Both the position numbers and the translations under genes were made by a program. A stretch of DNA of 62,129 nucleotides, filler included, from Sphacelaria rigidula (Eukaryota), in assembly GCA_964200075.2 (NCBI GenBank). It is 9 parts of 9 records of this genome, joined end to end, with 100 filler letters (N's around TTAATTAATTAA, not from the genome) between each part and the next. Parts side by side here need not be neighbours in the genome. Positions count along the whole stretch, not along the records: positions 34,574 to 41,387 come from CAXNAA020017945.1; positions 41,488 to 48,301 come from CAXNAA020017946.1; positions 48,402 to 55,215 come from CAXNAA020017947.1; 6 more parts are not named here. One strand, 5' to 3'. The notes under the pieces are model-generated. The model worked only from the letters and a program-made list of their open reading frames with translations. It made no database searches and was not told the DNA's origin. Shown piece after piece: positions 39,231 to 52,081 of this stretch. Numbering within the stretch: position 1 is the stretch's first letter; each line of letters starts with the position of its first letter.

Positions 39231-39788
39231 CAAGGTTGTGTTCTGTAGGTCACGGGTATGTTCTGAAAGGTATGAGATTCCTTACAGATCTTAAAGAAAT
39301 ATCGGGTACCGGTATGAAAGCCTTTCAGAAATTACAAAACTGTCGGGTACCGGTTTGAAAGTCTTACAGAAGTCACAGAACTTGTCGGGCACGGTACGGG
39401 AGGCTTACAGAAAACCGTACCGGCAATCGGGTATTTTTTCAAGAGCGTACCCGCGCTCCTGGTACGGGCATACACTATGTACAGAACTCACAGAAGTGTC
39501 GGGCAAGGGCATGGGAGGTGTACGAAACTCACATAAACTGTCGGGCAGGGTATGAACGCTGCACAGAAAACCGTACCAGCAACCCGGTATCTTACCGAGA
39601 GCGTACCCGTACCCCCGGTAAGGGCACGGGAGGCTTAGAGAACTCTCAGATCTATCGGGTAAGGGTATGAAAGTCTTACAGACTTTACAGAACTGTCGGG
39701 TACCGGTATGCAAGTGTCGAGGTACGGTAAATATCCGGGAAAATACCCCGTATATACAGAAAACCGAACTCTACAGAACACAACCTTG
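39231..39788. mobile_element. Non-autonomous TIR element built from degenerate internal tandem motifs
   Basis: Perfect 18-bp TIR CAAGGTTGTGTTCTGTAG / CTACAGAACACAACCTTG; interior of TTACAGAA / GTCGGGTACCGGTA motifs. Confidence 0.8.
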
Positions 39789-39870
39789 GAAAAGGTGGAC
39801 GCTGACAGAAAAAAGAGTTGAAGAAAAGCTCCCCGTGGAAACAGTTTATTAGTATTAGCGTAAATGTCAT

Positions 39871-40234
39871 GTGTGTGTTGTCATCCCATCTGTTCTGGAT
39901 GCCAGTTTACACCTTTTGCTATATGTGCGTGATTCAGCTGGGGTTGCACAGGAGGGAGGCCAACGCAGTTTTTTTCCAGTTTGTTCTCTTCGCTGTCAGT
40001 TCTATACCTTCCCTCTGCGGCGCTCACCTTTTCTGTTATCGCGAGAGAGGTTGAGCGGCCCCTTTCCCTCGTCGATCGTGAAGTCGACTTTTGTGTACCC
40101 ACGACATGGGTGTTCTCCACTGTTGGGCATGGCGTGAGCTAAAATCCCAGATCATGTAACTACACCGAGATTCGAACCAACGACACAACCCTCACATGGT
40201 TTCGAGGTTACCAACTGAGCCACGGGGCGACCGG
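39871..40234 (-). mobile_element. tRNA-derived SINE family A, apparently full length (~365 bp)
   Basis: A box TGGCTCAGTTGG, B box GGTTCGAATCTC, conserved body, tail GGGATGACAACACAC. Confidence 0.85.
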
Positions 40235-40681
40235 CTCCTTCTTCACCATATTTTTACCGTGGCACTTTTGGGCTGGTATTGGGAGGGGGCTACCGTAGAA
40301 AGTGTCAATATTAGATGTTGCTCTACATCGAATGTGGGGCGAGTTTGAAACAGGAAACAGAGCTGTATTCTTGGCCATTTTGGGGACAAAAGCGAGTATC
40401 TGCGTGTGTACTTGGTAGCTGGAGGATTGACAATTTTCGGAAAATGACCACTTAGGTAAAAAATCTAGGCAAAGCGGCTGCGTTATGGGCAAAAACAAAA
40501 TCTGAGAGTCTTCGTTGCGGTATGGAGTAGTACGTACGTAGCAACCAACCCGTCCGGGTCACGGTGGCGTGTTCGTGTTGATATCAACAACCGATGTGCG
40601 TGTTCAGAGCTCAGGTCTCCCTGTAGCTTGTGAAGGAAACGCTATGAAGGGCTGTTGCGTTTCTCGGTGGAAAGAAATTAT

Positions 40682-41105
40682 CAGGGATATACACGTTACG
40701 CATGTGGTGCATTCATAAAAACCGGAAAAAACGCAACTTTTGGCTATTCAACGCTACGTGAGGTATGGGTTTTTTGGACGGGACAAATATAACGTAACGT
40801 GATGTAACGTGTGGACCTTGAAGCAGTGCCTCTCGGGATTTTGTAGATGTAAAAAAATGCTGTTTTTGTGAATTTTCAACGTGACACGTGGCATGTTACA
40901 AATTCACGTAAACAAGCAGATTTTCCGTCACATTTGGAAAGTAAAACGCTACGCTAGGGTTCATTCGAAGGACCATACGTTACATCACGTTACGTTACAC
41001 TTGTCCCATCCAAAAAATTAAACCTTCGTAGCGTGAAATAACCCGAAATTACGTTTTTTTCGAATGTGTCACGTTGAAGTGTCACGTGTAACGTGTAGAC
41101 CCCTG
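40682..41105. mobile_element. hAT-like MITE with ~140-bp imperfect TIRs
   Basis: CAGGGATATACACGTTACG... / ...GTAACGTGTAGACCCCTG; inner GGGACAA...AACGTAACGTGATGTAACG mirrored; flanks GAAATTAT / GAAAGTAT (7/8 TSD). Confidence 0.8.
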
Positions 41106-41387
41106 GAAAGTATGGAACGTACACGTATGAAAACGGACACCGGGTACCTTTGTTTTTTTCTTTCCACGACGTTGTGTGGCCAACGTCCACCATGAACTCA
41201 CATGCAACGAGATGTGCGTCCTCTCTCTCTCTTACCCAACGCCCACCCCGTTTTCCAAGTTCGCGCCGCTGTCAAAACGAAAAATGCACGGCTGTATACC
41301 CGCAACATTCAGGACACTTTCTACGATAGCTCCCCCCCAAAAAAGTGCATGGTTTTGGGAGGCAAAATCTTCACGTAAATCGAAATG

Positions 41388-41487
41388 NNNNNNNNNNNNN
41401 NNNNNNNNNNNNNNNNNNNNNNNNNNNNNNNTTAATTAATTAANNNNNNNNNNNNNNNNNNNNNNNNNNNNNNNNNNNNNNNNNNNN
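41388..41487. other. Artificial contig spacer
   Basis: 44N-TTAATTAATTAA-44N. Confidence 0.98.
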
Positions 41488-42680
41488 GGAATTCCCAGCT
41501 TCTTGTTGTGCTCGGCTTTTCCCATTTCGACTTACGTGGAGATTTTGCCTCCCAAAATCATGCACTTTTGGGGGGGGGGGCTATCGTAGAAATTGTCGGA
41601 GCAGAGGTAAATATTCTAACCCCGCAAAGCCCACCAAACTTTTCGGTTTTCGTAATTTGTTTCAAATCAATTTCCTGCGACAGTGTTCAACAAGAAAAAG
41701 ATCATGACAATTTTCGAAAGAATGCCCTCCAGGAGGGGGAGGGGGGGAATCCTCCGTGTCCAAAAATCTTCCCCCCCCAACCCCTGAGATATATACTTCG
41801 CGCTGCTATGCACGAAGCGTATGCAATCTAGAGATTCGTAGACCTTGATTTGGTGAGCAGCGTCGGCCTCAGACCTCAAAGATGAAAACTTCGAGTTAGT
41901 AAATGTGGATATGGCGGGGGTTTCGGCTTGTGATCGTTTAGTGCGGTCTGTTGTTATCACCTACCAGGTTTGTACCCTTTAGAGACGTCACCCTCCAAGG
42001 TGTGACCGCCCCAGATCGCAAGCTCACCCTAGACGCCGTTGACTGAAACTGCCAAACACTCGAAAGTGATGCTATACGATAGGTGGGGGGTGGAGGGGGG
42101 GTGTTCGAATCCACGTGAAACAGAGGCTCACATGTGTGTCAGACGACCTAACAACTCGCGGTGCAGGTGAGTGTGCCTTATGAGTAACAATCGTGTTCGA
42201 ACAAGCTTTACTGCTTTCAACCACGATGTGAAGTAGAATTTCGTGTAATAATTGGCTCAACATACCCCTCCCCCGTATCATAGCATCCCTCTTGGGTGAC
42301 CAATTTCGAGCAGGATACCTGTATCCTCAAGCCAACATTATTTACACCGTCTGCGGTAGACAAACTTAGATGATTTTCCGAACGAACAAAAACAGCAACA
42401 GCTTTCATACACAATGATTCCCCGTTCGTAAAGTGAAACACTGTCTGGGGGCATGGATCATACGGGTTGCATGTGCGCTAGGCGCGTAGTTTTGGGCACA
42501 CCGATGTGTTCGATGGCTCACGTGATTGCTACGCTGCAGTACGGATATGCCAACCTGTTTCATATCCATTGTACTTCCCCAGTGATGAAACGGCTGACCT
42601 ACGTGCGTCGGGCTCGTCAAGTGTGTTGAACATGAACGAAATCGTCCCGTTTTTACGAACTTCCAAAACCTCGACAATAG

Positions 42681-43520
42681 GGGTGGAAAGCATGGGCAGC
42701 CTGTCGCGAGAGGAAGACAGTCTTGTCACGCCAACACACGCTACGAGACGCGTTCGATCGATGGCGACACCGGCAGCAGCGTTGGAGAACATGCGTCAGC
42801 AGCCTCCGTCGCGTGGTCATTCGAAGACAACTAAAAATCGCTCTGCATGACTGGGACCTAGGTGTCGCTGCCGCCAAAGTGACTGAGGCCCAAGACCACA
42901 CACATCGACGTCGTCAGGCAGCCCTGAGACATATCTTGCGCTTGTTTCTTCTCCTAAAATGCTTTCGGATCTTCGCACGAAATGCCAGTCTACGGCGGAT
43001 CCTAGGTCGGCTGCTGGAACTGAGAAAAATAAAAGCCCTCCAAGACGGAATGAGCGCATGGCGGCACGTTCAGATACCCCATCCTGCTGTGCCAGACCTA
43101 TCCTCAACCGCCAAGCGAGATCCTTCCCCTGCCACGATTCACCGCGAGGTCAAGCCGCGGAAGCCGCATTGTCGCTGCGTCTACGACGTTGGCCGCAGGC
43201 AGCGCTGCACGTGTGGACCCCACTTGCACCTGCTCCGAAGGGTGGAAGAACTACACAAGCTCGTCGCTAACAACCTAGCCAGCGGGGATGAGGACGGCCG
43301 CGTTGTTGGCCACGTTTCACCTCGTGTTGCCACGATAACAGGTAGAAGAGTCGGGCCTAAGGTGAAAGACGCGTTGAGTAATCCTCGCGGTAATCGGAGA
43401 GCAGGAGGTATTGCGAGCAACACATTCGCGGAGAAGTGCCGAGGGACTGCACACAAAGGCGGAGAGTGTGAAAGGCCCGCTGGCTACTCGTCATTAATCA
43501 CGGTTTCCGGCGGATGGTGA
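42681..43520 (+). CDS. Probable terminal exon of an uncharacterised basic helical protein (Trp-periodic, Sfi1-repeat-like)
   Basis: 840-bp open frame starting just after an AG; GWKAW...AFDRWR...IALHDW...GMSAWR followed by a small Cys/His cluster (HCRCVY...RCTCGPHLH); converges on the carrier gene. Confidence 0.45.
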   Translation, partial: GWKAWAACRERKTVLSRQHTLRDAFDRWRHRQQRWRTCVSSLRRVVIRRQLKIALHDWDLGVAAAKVTEAQDHTHRRRQAALRHILRLFLLLKCFRIFARNASLRRILGRLLELRKIKALQDGMSAWRHVQIPHPAVPDLSSTAKRDPSPATIHREVKPRKPHCRCVYDVGRRQRCTCGPHLHLLRRVEELHKLVANNLASGDEDGRVVGHVSPRVATITGRRVGPKVKDALSNPRGNRRAGGIASNTFAEKCRGTAHKGGECERPAGYSSLITVSGGW

Positions 43521-44279
43521 GATGTGAACGTTCTGGTAGTTTTGATGCTTTTCAACACGGTAATGTATGTGCGCGTACGTTTGCTTTACAATGGGTATGA
43601 TGGAAAGCTTCAAGGGGGCCCTCCTCTATTCAGACGAGTCGGGTGCTCCTCACGGACCAGGCAGGTGGTGCGTATCCACCTCGCTCGAAAAGAGACCATT
43701 CAGTTAGTGTCTGTTGCTGAAAACGACACGAGAAAAACATAACCCGTTTTTTGTTTTGCGATCCTTCGATGTCAAGTTTAAATCCGTTTCCCACTATTTT
43801 GGTACACCCAGGCCTGCAAGAGAAGAACGCATGGTCTACAACAAGAACAACCACTCAGGTCGAGAGCGGTTTACGGCACGTAGACAGCCCATGACTCGCT
43901 GGTGATTGCCGACACACAAGACGTGGAAGGAGGAGCATGCCGCTCGGATGAGCACCATAATACAAATGACTGCTACTCTCTAGCCCTTGCCGTACGCATT
44001 TGAAGTGCAACTACACACCACGTTCTACGCCGCAAAGTGTACACACAACGCAGGAAGCAGTAGCTTCTGTATAGCTGTTGGCTCTGTCGCTAAGCCACAC
44101 GAATATTTACTATTAACAGGATGAGCACACATTCCACACAACTGTGGGACAACTGTCATTGCGTGGAGCTACTTGGTCAGAGTTGCCGCAGCGCCGAGTG
44201 AACGCGCACAAGTTTCAGTGGGCATTATTCCGTTCAACGGGCAAAAAGCCCAAAGCCCAAAGTTTGACGAGGACGTCCA

Positions 44280-47200
44280 CTATCCTAAGGCCTTGTCCGT
44301 ATATCTGCATATTGTGTCGTAAAGGCTGAACTGCAGCCCAATCTCAAGACAAACCCTGCACATAAACACACGCAGTACGTGACGAGCAAAAATGGGTAGG
44401 CGACGAAGGACGGGAGCAGAGAGACGCTTCACATCAGGACCAAGCTGGAGTGTGACGCTGTAAGTCGAGGTGAATCGACCCTCGTCCGAATTTCCACGTA
44501 CGCTCCCGTACCGCCCGCGACGTTCCAACTGTCGCCGAAGAAAATTACCGCCATCCAACCGGGGAGAGTCAGCCTCGGATTCGTCTTGCGGAGGGGGGGG
44601 ATGACGGTGCCCCCTGAAAACAAAAGAATGGTTTACACAATCTACTGCTGTTTCTGTCATCTCAGACCGCAGCCGAATTGTGTCATTTCACTCTCGAAGC
44701 TCCTGCAATCCAAAGGCCAGGACTCCTACAAACATTATACAGGTGCCCGCCAGATATTGCAGCACATCATGTTACACAAAGCCTTCCTGCAGGCGAGTAC
44801 CGAAACCAAGGCATGTCAACCAGGATATCGGACGTAATGGGTCTCAACGCACCTAATAACTCGAGGCGTAAGTCCTCGGAAAAGACCCACCACACCCGAA
44901 GATGCCACTATCTGTCTAAAACAGTCCACACTGCCAGAGTATCTCCTCGCCGAAAGCCCCTGCAGGTTACTCTTCACAGTGTCAATGGGGTGTGTCACCA
45001 CCTGAAACGGGGGTGCAACAGTGGTCAGCGGTCAAAATATGCACAGTACCCCTCTCAACCTTACTCAATGGTCAGAGCCAAATACTTGAGAAGAGATATG
45101 TGAAGGTAAAAACTATATGTAGGGTACAACTCGAACACGAGGAGACATTGAAACCGTCATTGAAGCAATCGCAAGAGACACCAATACTCGCCGTCTGTAT
45201 TTCGATTAGCTGCTCGGAAAAAGCGATAGGACGGCAGCATGATCACAGTTTCACCACGGCTACACTGCCAGTGCCATGTAGGCCACACGAGAACAAATTT
45301 AGATCAGAACTGTGCACACAACCCGTAAAATATTTCAATACTTGACTAGAAAAAAACAGTAGTATCGTATCCTCTAGGCTCACCGCGCTCACAGCACCCG
45401 CCGCAGCTCCCAAACCAAATGCAGCGGACGGTCCCAAGGCTTCATCAGCGGCCTCTCCACGGGTTCTGCGGAGAGCCCCCGCCATCTCGTTGTACAGTCC
45501 AAACCGGATACAATTGTTGATCGCCCCCTTCGCTACTGTCGGCAAAAGCCCGCTGAAGAATCCCGCCCGCAGGCCTTCCCGCCTCGGAATCTCGCTCAGC
45601 GCGTGAACAAATCCCCTACACCCCCAGCGGGGGGCAAATTGGTCGAGCAGGGCATCACAATTACAGGGGTCGGCCGTGGTGGGCGCTTTGAAAGAAACAT
45701 GCCGGTTCGTTGTCGGGGAGTTCAGGTCCAGGCGAATAGTGAAACAATAAAAAACCACACCATTAGGCACCTGCCCACAATGACACATCCTCCGAGTGAA
45801 TCCAAGTATCTCTTCGCTTCGCTCGCCACTTAAAAATTCACCTGTAAATTCGGGACTGCTGAGGGGAATTCATGTCCTGGGTCATCTTGATCTGGATATT
45901 TTGAAGGGGAGTAAGGCACACTGCTGACTCCATGGCACCCGCCACGGTGCCCGCCGCAAGCGCGTTCATCACGTGAACTTTTCCTGAGTCCTCCTGAAGC
46001 CAGCCAGATATGCGTTCAAACGTCGTGAAGCGTATAGCCGACCTTCGATGCACCGACCGGGTGCCAGGCGATAAAATATGGCGTTGGCGACGGCGTGAGT
46101 GGACGTTTGGGTTTGCTTTGGTATTTTAAAAAACATGACGAGAAGACTCGTTTCACTGAGCCGCGACACGACGAATATGTTCCATGAGTTAGTTGGCTTG
46201 CTTCGCCCGCGAAACAAAAGTGCTTTGACAACATGCGCAGGTTACACGGCCATTCTTCTACTGTAATATCTGAGCCCCACAGAGTACACTACTACGCGAA
46301 TCATGAATGTATCTGAGATTCCAATTGGCATACTCTTTCCTTTCTCGAACTCCCTTCAACAGGGTGTTTTGTTTTTGTTCACCTTGGGGTTTATCTATCG
46401 ATGGCCATGGCTGGACCTCCTAGGGATCAGCTAATGTGCAATAAGCAATCCAAGCTCTCGTACACCAAAAACATCTGCGTAATCTAATCGGCCGAAAAGT
46501 GCCTGCCTACAGTTGATACAGCACCTTGGCAAAGCGAAAGTCAGCCACGCGGGCAACCCGACATAAAGTCCCCGTGGCCCTCGACTCCGCAATGTCCGCG
46601 CTACACAGTCCACGGGGTCCTGAGACGGGCGCACACGCGAGCGGGTACACGTAGCATGAAGCATGTCCCTACAAAGATTAATCTGTAGGTCTGATTTCGT
46701 TTTCCGTTGAGTGAATTTGTGGCAGCCCTCGTACCTCTATCTCAATTTGAGAAAGTCAAATGAAAACAGTCCCGGCTCTGTAGACCGCTGAACCATCTTC
46801 GCGACTCGTGGTGGCATCCGGGGCAATATGAACACATGAGCACCCCCACGCTTTCTCGAGGAGACATGGCGGTTCCCAAGCCAAAGAGTGCACGCACGGG
46901 AAGCGGGGTTCTGCCGCATATGAGGGTGTACAAAGAAGTAGTGTACTCGAGAAGAAGGGATCTCTCGATGACGACGACAACGACGACGATGATATGTGTT
47001 GCCGCATCAGACAGAGGTACTTCACCTTGAACTTTGGGCCGCGTTCCCCCACCTCTCGGAGCTGAAGCTGCACTTTGACGTATCTGTTGTGACGCGTGAG
47101 AGACCAAGACGTCGTCGATTTGAAGGGGCGATGCAATGGGTAGGCACCGCCATTCGTCAGACATCAGTCATTTGAGCAGCGTGGGCGACTTCATCACACA

Positions 47201-47421
47201 AATGTGCCCGTCCCATTGTGATACATTACCTCCTCATGCTAGCGGCGCTAGAAGAGGCGGTTGAAGATAAACTACAGCGTAGCAGTAGCTCCAGAGGGGA
47301 GCAGCAATTTGCAGCAGTACAGAAGAGAAGCACTGTGGCCGGCTAAAAAGGCGGATGCGAAGTGGTCCCCCCCAGCGCGAGCGCTGGGCTCGTTCGGATC
47401 GCCCAGGCCAATGTCTTGCAT
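44280..47421 (-). CDS. Mitochondrial carrier (SLC25) protein, tricarboxylate/citrate carrier-like; exons 47026..47083, 46525..46619, 45842..46042, 45384..45615, 44853..45001, 44280..44355, plus a probable first exon from ATG 47421
   Basis: Six GT-AG exons join in consistent phase: YVKVQLQL...DPVDCV...GPRGLYVGL...PRSAIRFTTFE...TPLQNIQIKM...REGLRAGFFSGLLPT...HPIDTVKSNLQ...GVVGLFRGLTPRVIRVCLEIGLQFSLY. Three carrier repeats, with motifs most like SLC25A1/CTP1. The 5' exon structure is unresolved. Confidence 0.9.
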
Positions 47422-47845
47422 AGCTAATTATTACTTCTGACAACAGGTGGAAAAATGTAGCCTGAAAATGCAGTGAAGACGCCGAATCTGAGATGCTCTT
47501 TTTGATTTTGACTCTCGTTCTATTGGAAAACCACCACCTCTACACCCAACACACCTAATTTGGCCTATTCAAGACAAGCAAAAAAATAAACATCTCGGGA
47601 ATCGAATCTATGCCGTCGAATTAGTGATTTTGTCTTAGTCGGGTCAAATTTGGCCACGTACATATCCCATGAAGTTTCAGCGCTTTGCCCGACGGGTCCG
47701 CACCAATTTGGGCAAATTTACTGGGAAAATGACGAAGATAAATGAATACGACGGCAGCGAAGATTCCATGCTATCCATGTACTGTACTGCAGCACAGCAG
47801 ATGGCGGACCAAATCCGCACGAGTGGGGAATATTCCCATCAGTAT

Positions 47846-48301
47846 ACAACACGGGATCTTACAAATTGGGGATGGATCTTTTATTGGGGACGAGAAACCC
47901 GGAGAATTAACATTAAAATCCTTGTATCCACACCAAATCTTCGAAATATGGTTCCATTTTTTTCACCTACTGATAACTATGGACAACTGCTACACCCCAC
48001 AGAACTTTGGATTTCGATGACCGAAATGTTGGGGTCCTAGGTAAAAAAACAATTTTGGGGGATTCCGGGTGTCCGTTCGGACATCAAAATGGTTCCGAAA
48101 TTGGTTTTTCACCTCGGACCCCAAAATTTCGGTGATCGAAATCCAAATTTCTATGGGGTGTAGCAGTTGTCAATAGCCATCAGTAGGTGAAGAAATGGAA
48201 CCATATTTCGCAGATTTGGTGTGGATACGAAGATTTTTATTCTCCGGGTTTCTCATCCCCAATAAAAGATCCATCCCCAATTTGTAAAATCCCGTGTTTA
48301 T
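47846..48301. mobile_element. Foldback element (two ~210-bp inverted arms, short spacer)
   Basis: ACACGGGAT...TTACAAATTGGGGATGGATCTTTTATTGGGGA...CAACTGCTACACCCCA...GGGGTCC is mirrored in 48095..48298. Confidence 0.85.
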
Positions 48302-48401
48302 NNNNNNNNNNNNNNNNNNNNNNNNNNNNNNNNNNNNNNNNNNNNTTAATTAATTAANNNNNNNNNNNNNNNNNNNNNNNNNNNNNNNNNNNNNNNNNNN
48401 N
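48302..48401. other. Artificial contig spacer
   Basis: 44N-TTAATTAATTAA-44N. Confidence 0.98.
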
Positions 48402-49599
48402 GCGCGAGGCCCGAGAGGCGCGTGAGGACCATTCTGACCAATCACGGTCGTCAAAATGAGCACTTTTGTTCCATTACGCTAAGACTCTGTAAGACTATCA
48501 GCTGTCGAGCATGAAATCTCATTTTTATAAATGATTATCCAACCATAGATAACATTTGCTAAAAGTGTGTGTTTGTTGCTTCTGTGATAGAGTTCACTGT
48601 ACTGTTGTTGTTCAATTCTGCCCTAGCTGCGTCGTCGTAGCTGCATACCAGCACCTGACATAAAATTAACGGCGCAATACGCGAGGCCCCAACACGAGTA
48701 TCCAGTGCACATCGCAGTTGATGCCCACATTAATGGAGATGCGACCGTTATTGCGGATCAGTTATTGAAGGTTTGCGCACACTCCCGACACCATCTTCGA
48801 GAGTTCGCCCACGAGCCTGCAACAGCTGTCTGGGCGAGGCGGCGATTACACAATGGGTCAACCCCGGGGCTGGACGCTAGTGTGAAGGGTGACGCGCTCA
48901 TAGAGGCGGCCGCGGCTCATTTTGATCTGTGCTGGGAGGCGTGGTGGCTAAGTAGGGTTCGACGTTTGGGAAGGAATACCGCAATCAGGTGAGGGCAAGC
49001 CTCTGGTGTATCTGTGCATGATGAGGCAGTGTGTCACCTACTCTGCTTAGCGAGGTGTCGTCGCCATCGAACTAACTCACGCTTAGAGGATAGGTCCGTT
49101 TGGGCGCACGGTGCAGTAAGTAATATGTAGCACTCTACCGTTGCGTGACGGCGGTCTCATTGAGGGGTACCGCATTTGCTTTACACAAGGAGAGGCTATC
49201 GCATCAAACCGGCCCGTGTTCGGCGAATACTCACTCTCTGGGTATACTTCAATATATATATGAAATATACTGTAGCGGGAGTACAGTAGGCTTCATTTTT
49301 TTTCGCACTGTACTGTCTGTAAATATACTAGACAACAATACAGGGGTCGTCACCGCTTGAAACCTGGAACGTATCGTGGGGAGGTGTGCCATGCGCTCAT
49401 TTCACAGGTACTCGCGAGTGTGCGACGTGCGACGCCGACGACGTGCTGCTTCAAAAAAAATGCACGCAACACACTACATACACGTGCGGCGCCTACAGTC
49501 ACGCTCTAGTTACGGGCAGCTATCGATGCTCCGGTTTTCATGTATGTGATGACACTCAGACTGCACAGGCACCTTCGGAAAGGTAGATACTATAATAGT

Positions 49600-50145
49600 A
49601 CCCGGTATACACCGGTATTCGGGACATCTCACACCCCACCAATACGCCTCCAATCGTGTATTACAAATATCATATCCACGACACCCACGATACCACGGTA
49701 TTTCGAGATGTCAATACCTATCGCACCCGCTCGATCGGGTTTTTTCGAATCTCATACCTACGATACCCACAATACCACGGTGTCTCGAGGTTTCAATACT
49801 TACCTACCGTACTCGCCCAATCGGGTATTTTCAAAAAACGCACCTACGATATCACCGTATTTCGAGATTTCACTACCCATTGTACCCGCTAAATCGGGTA
49901 TTTTCCAAACTCATACCTACGATATACATGATACTACGATATTGCGCCAATTCAACACCTACCTTACCCGGTCAATCAGGTATTTTCCAAACTCATACCC
50001 ACGATACCACAAGATTTCGAGATTTCAATACCTACCGTACCCGTTCAATCGGATATTTTCAAAACTCATACCTACGATACCCACGCAAACCACGGTATGG
50101 GACACCCCGAGAAATACCGGGGATATATCCGGTAAATACCGGACG
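49600..50145 (+). repeat. Degenerate tandem-motif repeat (ATACC(C/T)ACGATACC / AATCGGGTATTTT units); partial related copy at ~51050..51165
   Basis: Recurring ~55-70-bp units seen directly; the ORFs across it are repeat translations. Confidence 0.75.
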
Positions 50146-52081
50146 CGATGCGATCCCCCGGGTGCAGCAGCTGGTCCCAACTTACGCAAAGGCTAGAAGT
50201 TGTCAGAGCAGGTACGTCTTGTTTTCACAAGTAGTATATACCCAGATTCCCCCTGATTTTCGTGTTCGGATCAATTCGATGAACTTTTTTTCATGTGGAC
50301 TGATGTTCTGGGTAAATGGATATAAATATTTTTTCACCGTTACGGTGCTGTACATTGTTTCATAATTCATTAAGATGAACATCATACACGATAATATTCC
50401 ACGTGCAAACAAGCAGAGAGAAAAAAGGAGAAGGAGGACAAGTAACAAAAAAACGTGAGGGGTCGCAGGAGGCATCCAAACTAGATAACAAGGTGCCAAA
50501 TTACCAAATAAATAACCTGGCATATATATGCATATATATGCCGTTATTACTGCGCCATTGCCGGGTGCTCTACATGAAAAAACACGATCACATGGAGAGG
50601 CAAACTCTGCCCTTGCGTACTACTGTACCTCCCCCTGCGTACAACTGCAACACCTTAGTGCCACAAATTACAGCGCTACCCCCTCGGAATGAAAATCTGA
50701 CCACAGTATTGAATTTTAAATTTGCCGTTACTAGTACTCTATCCTCAGAGTGCTCTCGTCCCTGCACCCACGTCAACAACCACGAATATCACCACGCGGT
50801 ACTCATGATCGATCCATGGATTGAGTGTCTCACCCTGTCAGCTGATTGCAACATTTCAGCTGAGGATCATGATGGGGTTCTGTGTGCTTTGAGGTCTGCA
50901 GGTTAGCGTTGTGCGTTGTGTGCGTGTGGGGGTGGGGCTGCCCGCCTTGGGCACATCAATAACTTGATTGCCGAACTTGCACAGGGATCTCAAACGCTTT
51001 TCCGCACTGCCGGATGGCAGTTTTGAAATCGGTATAGAGGGTAAGGCAGGTACCCCGTGCCGGTATTTCGGACATCTCATACCCTACCGATACCGACCCA
51101 ATCGGGAATTGTCAAGTGTCATACCCACGATACCACAGTATTTCAAGATACCAGAACCTACCGTACCTGTTCCTTTCGCGGTCAGTGAACACCGCTAAGC
51201 GAACGGCGTTCACCTTTTCTGTTTCCACGGAATAGGCGTTCGTCTCAACTGGGGAACGACCCTTATGTATGGAGAGGTACGGATGGGCCAATCAGGTTTG
51301 GTTTAGCGATTCCTGCCCGCCGCGGGTTGGCGCCGAAGGCGCAAAGGCGGATGGTGTCTACCGGCAGTAAAACATCATGTTTCAACGTCAACATCCTCCC
51401 TTGGATGACATATCTTCGTGTATGTCTTTGTCGCTCGAAAAAGTGAGGTGGAAAAAACAATTGCCATCGCATATGTCCACCGCGTTCTGCTCCTAGTTGG
51501 CATCAACGATTGTTTTATCATTACGGCGTGCCTTCGCACATCACTTTTATATGGGAAATGTACGGTGGAAAAGGAAGACTCTGATTTGATAAGCCGTGAT
51601 TTCACCTATTTTGTATCAAATTATTGTTTGCGCACATTTGTCCGATCTCTCGAACCCGTGGTCACATATGTAGGCTCGTCCTTCCAATACCGTTCCTGCT
51701 ATTCAGCTGCCGTGGCTTATTTTGAAGCTGGTTCAAATTACGACCTATTTCATCGGAGTTTCTGTTTTCCACTGCACGTTTCGATCCAAATATGATATGC
51801 TAAGACACGGCCTTAGTGGCGAGCGGGGAAGAAGTGAAAAACAGTAAAGCCAACCTTTTTCTAACAAAAATGCGGGGGAAAGGCACGAAGAGGTGCTGGA
51901 CCCCTAGCTTACAGACTACCACGCCACATACCATCCGTCCACATGATCATGCAAACTAGTGCACACCACTCATTGTTGGCTACGGTCGCAATCCTGCAGC
52001 ATTGAGCAGGAGCTGAGCACAGGGATGGATGCACCGCAGTACTTGCGTATGCTGTGTGTACATTTTGTCGGCGAAAACTTG

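Noticed and set aside
41320-41592. Inverted repeat spanning the 41388..41487 spacer
   Set aside because: The two arms are on different contigs; most likely the same repeat family caused both contig breaks.
48705-51420. Scattered exon-like segments (48705..48988, ~50860..50901, ~51296..51420)
   Set aside because: Plausible splice sites but no recognisable homology, so not supportable from sequence alone.
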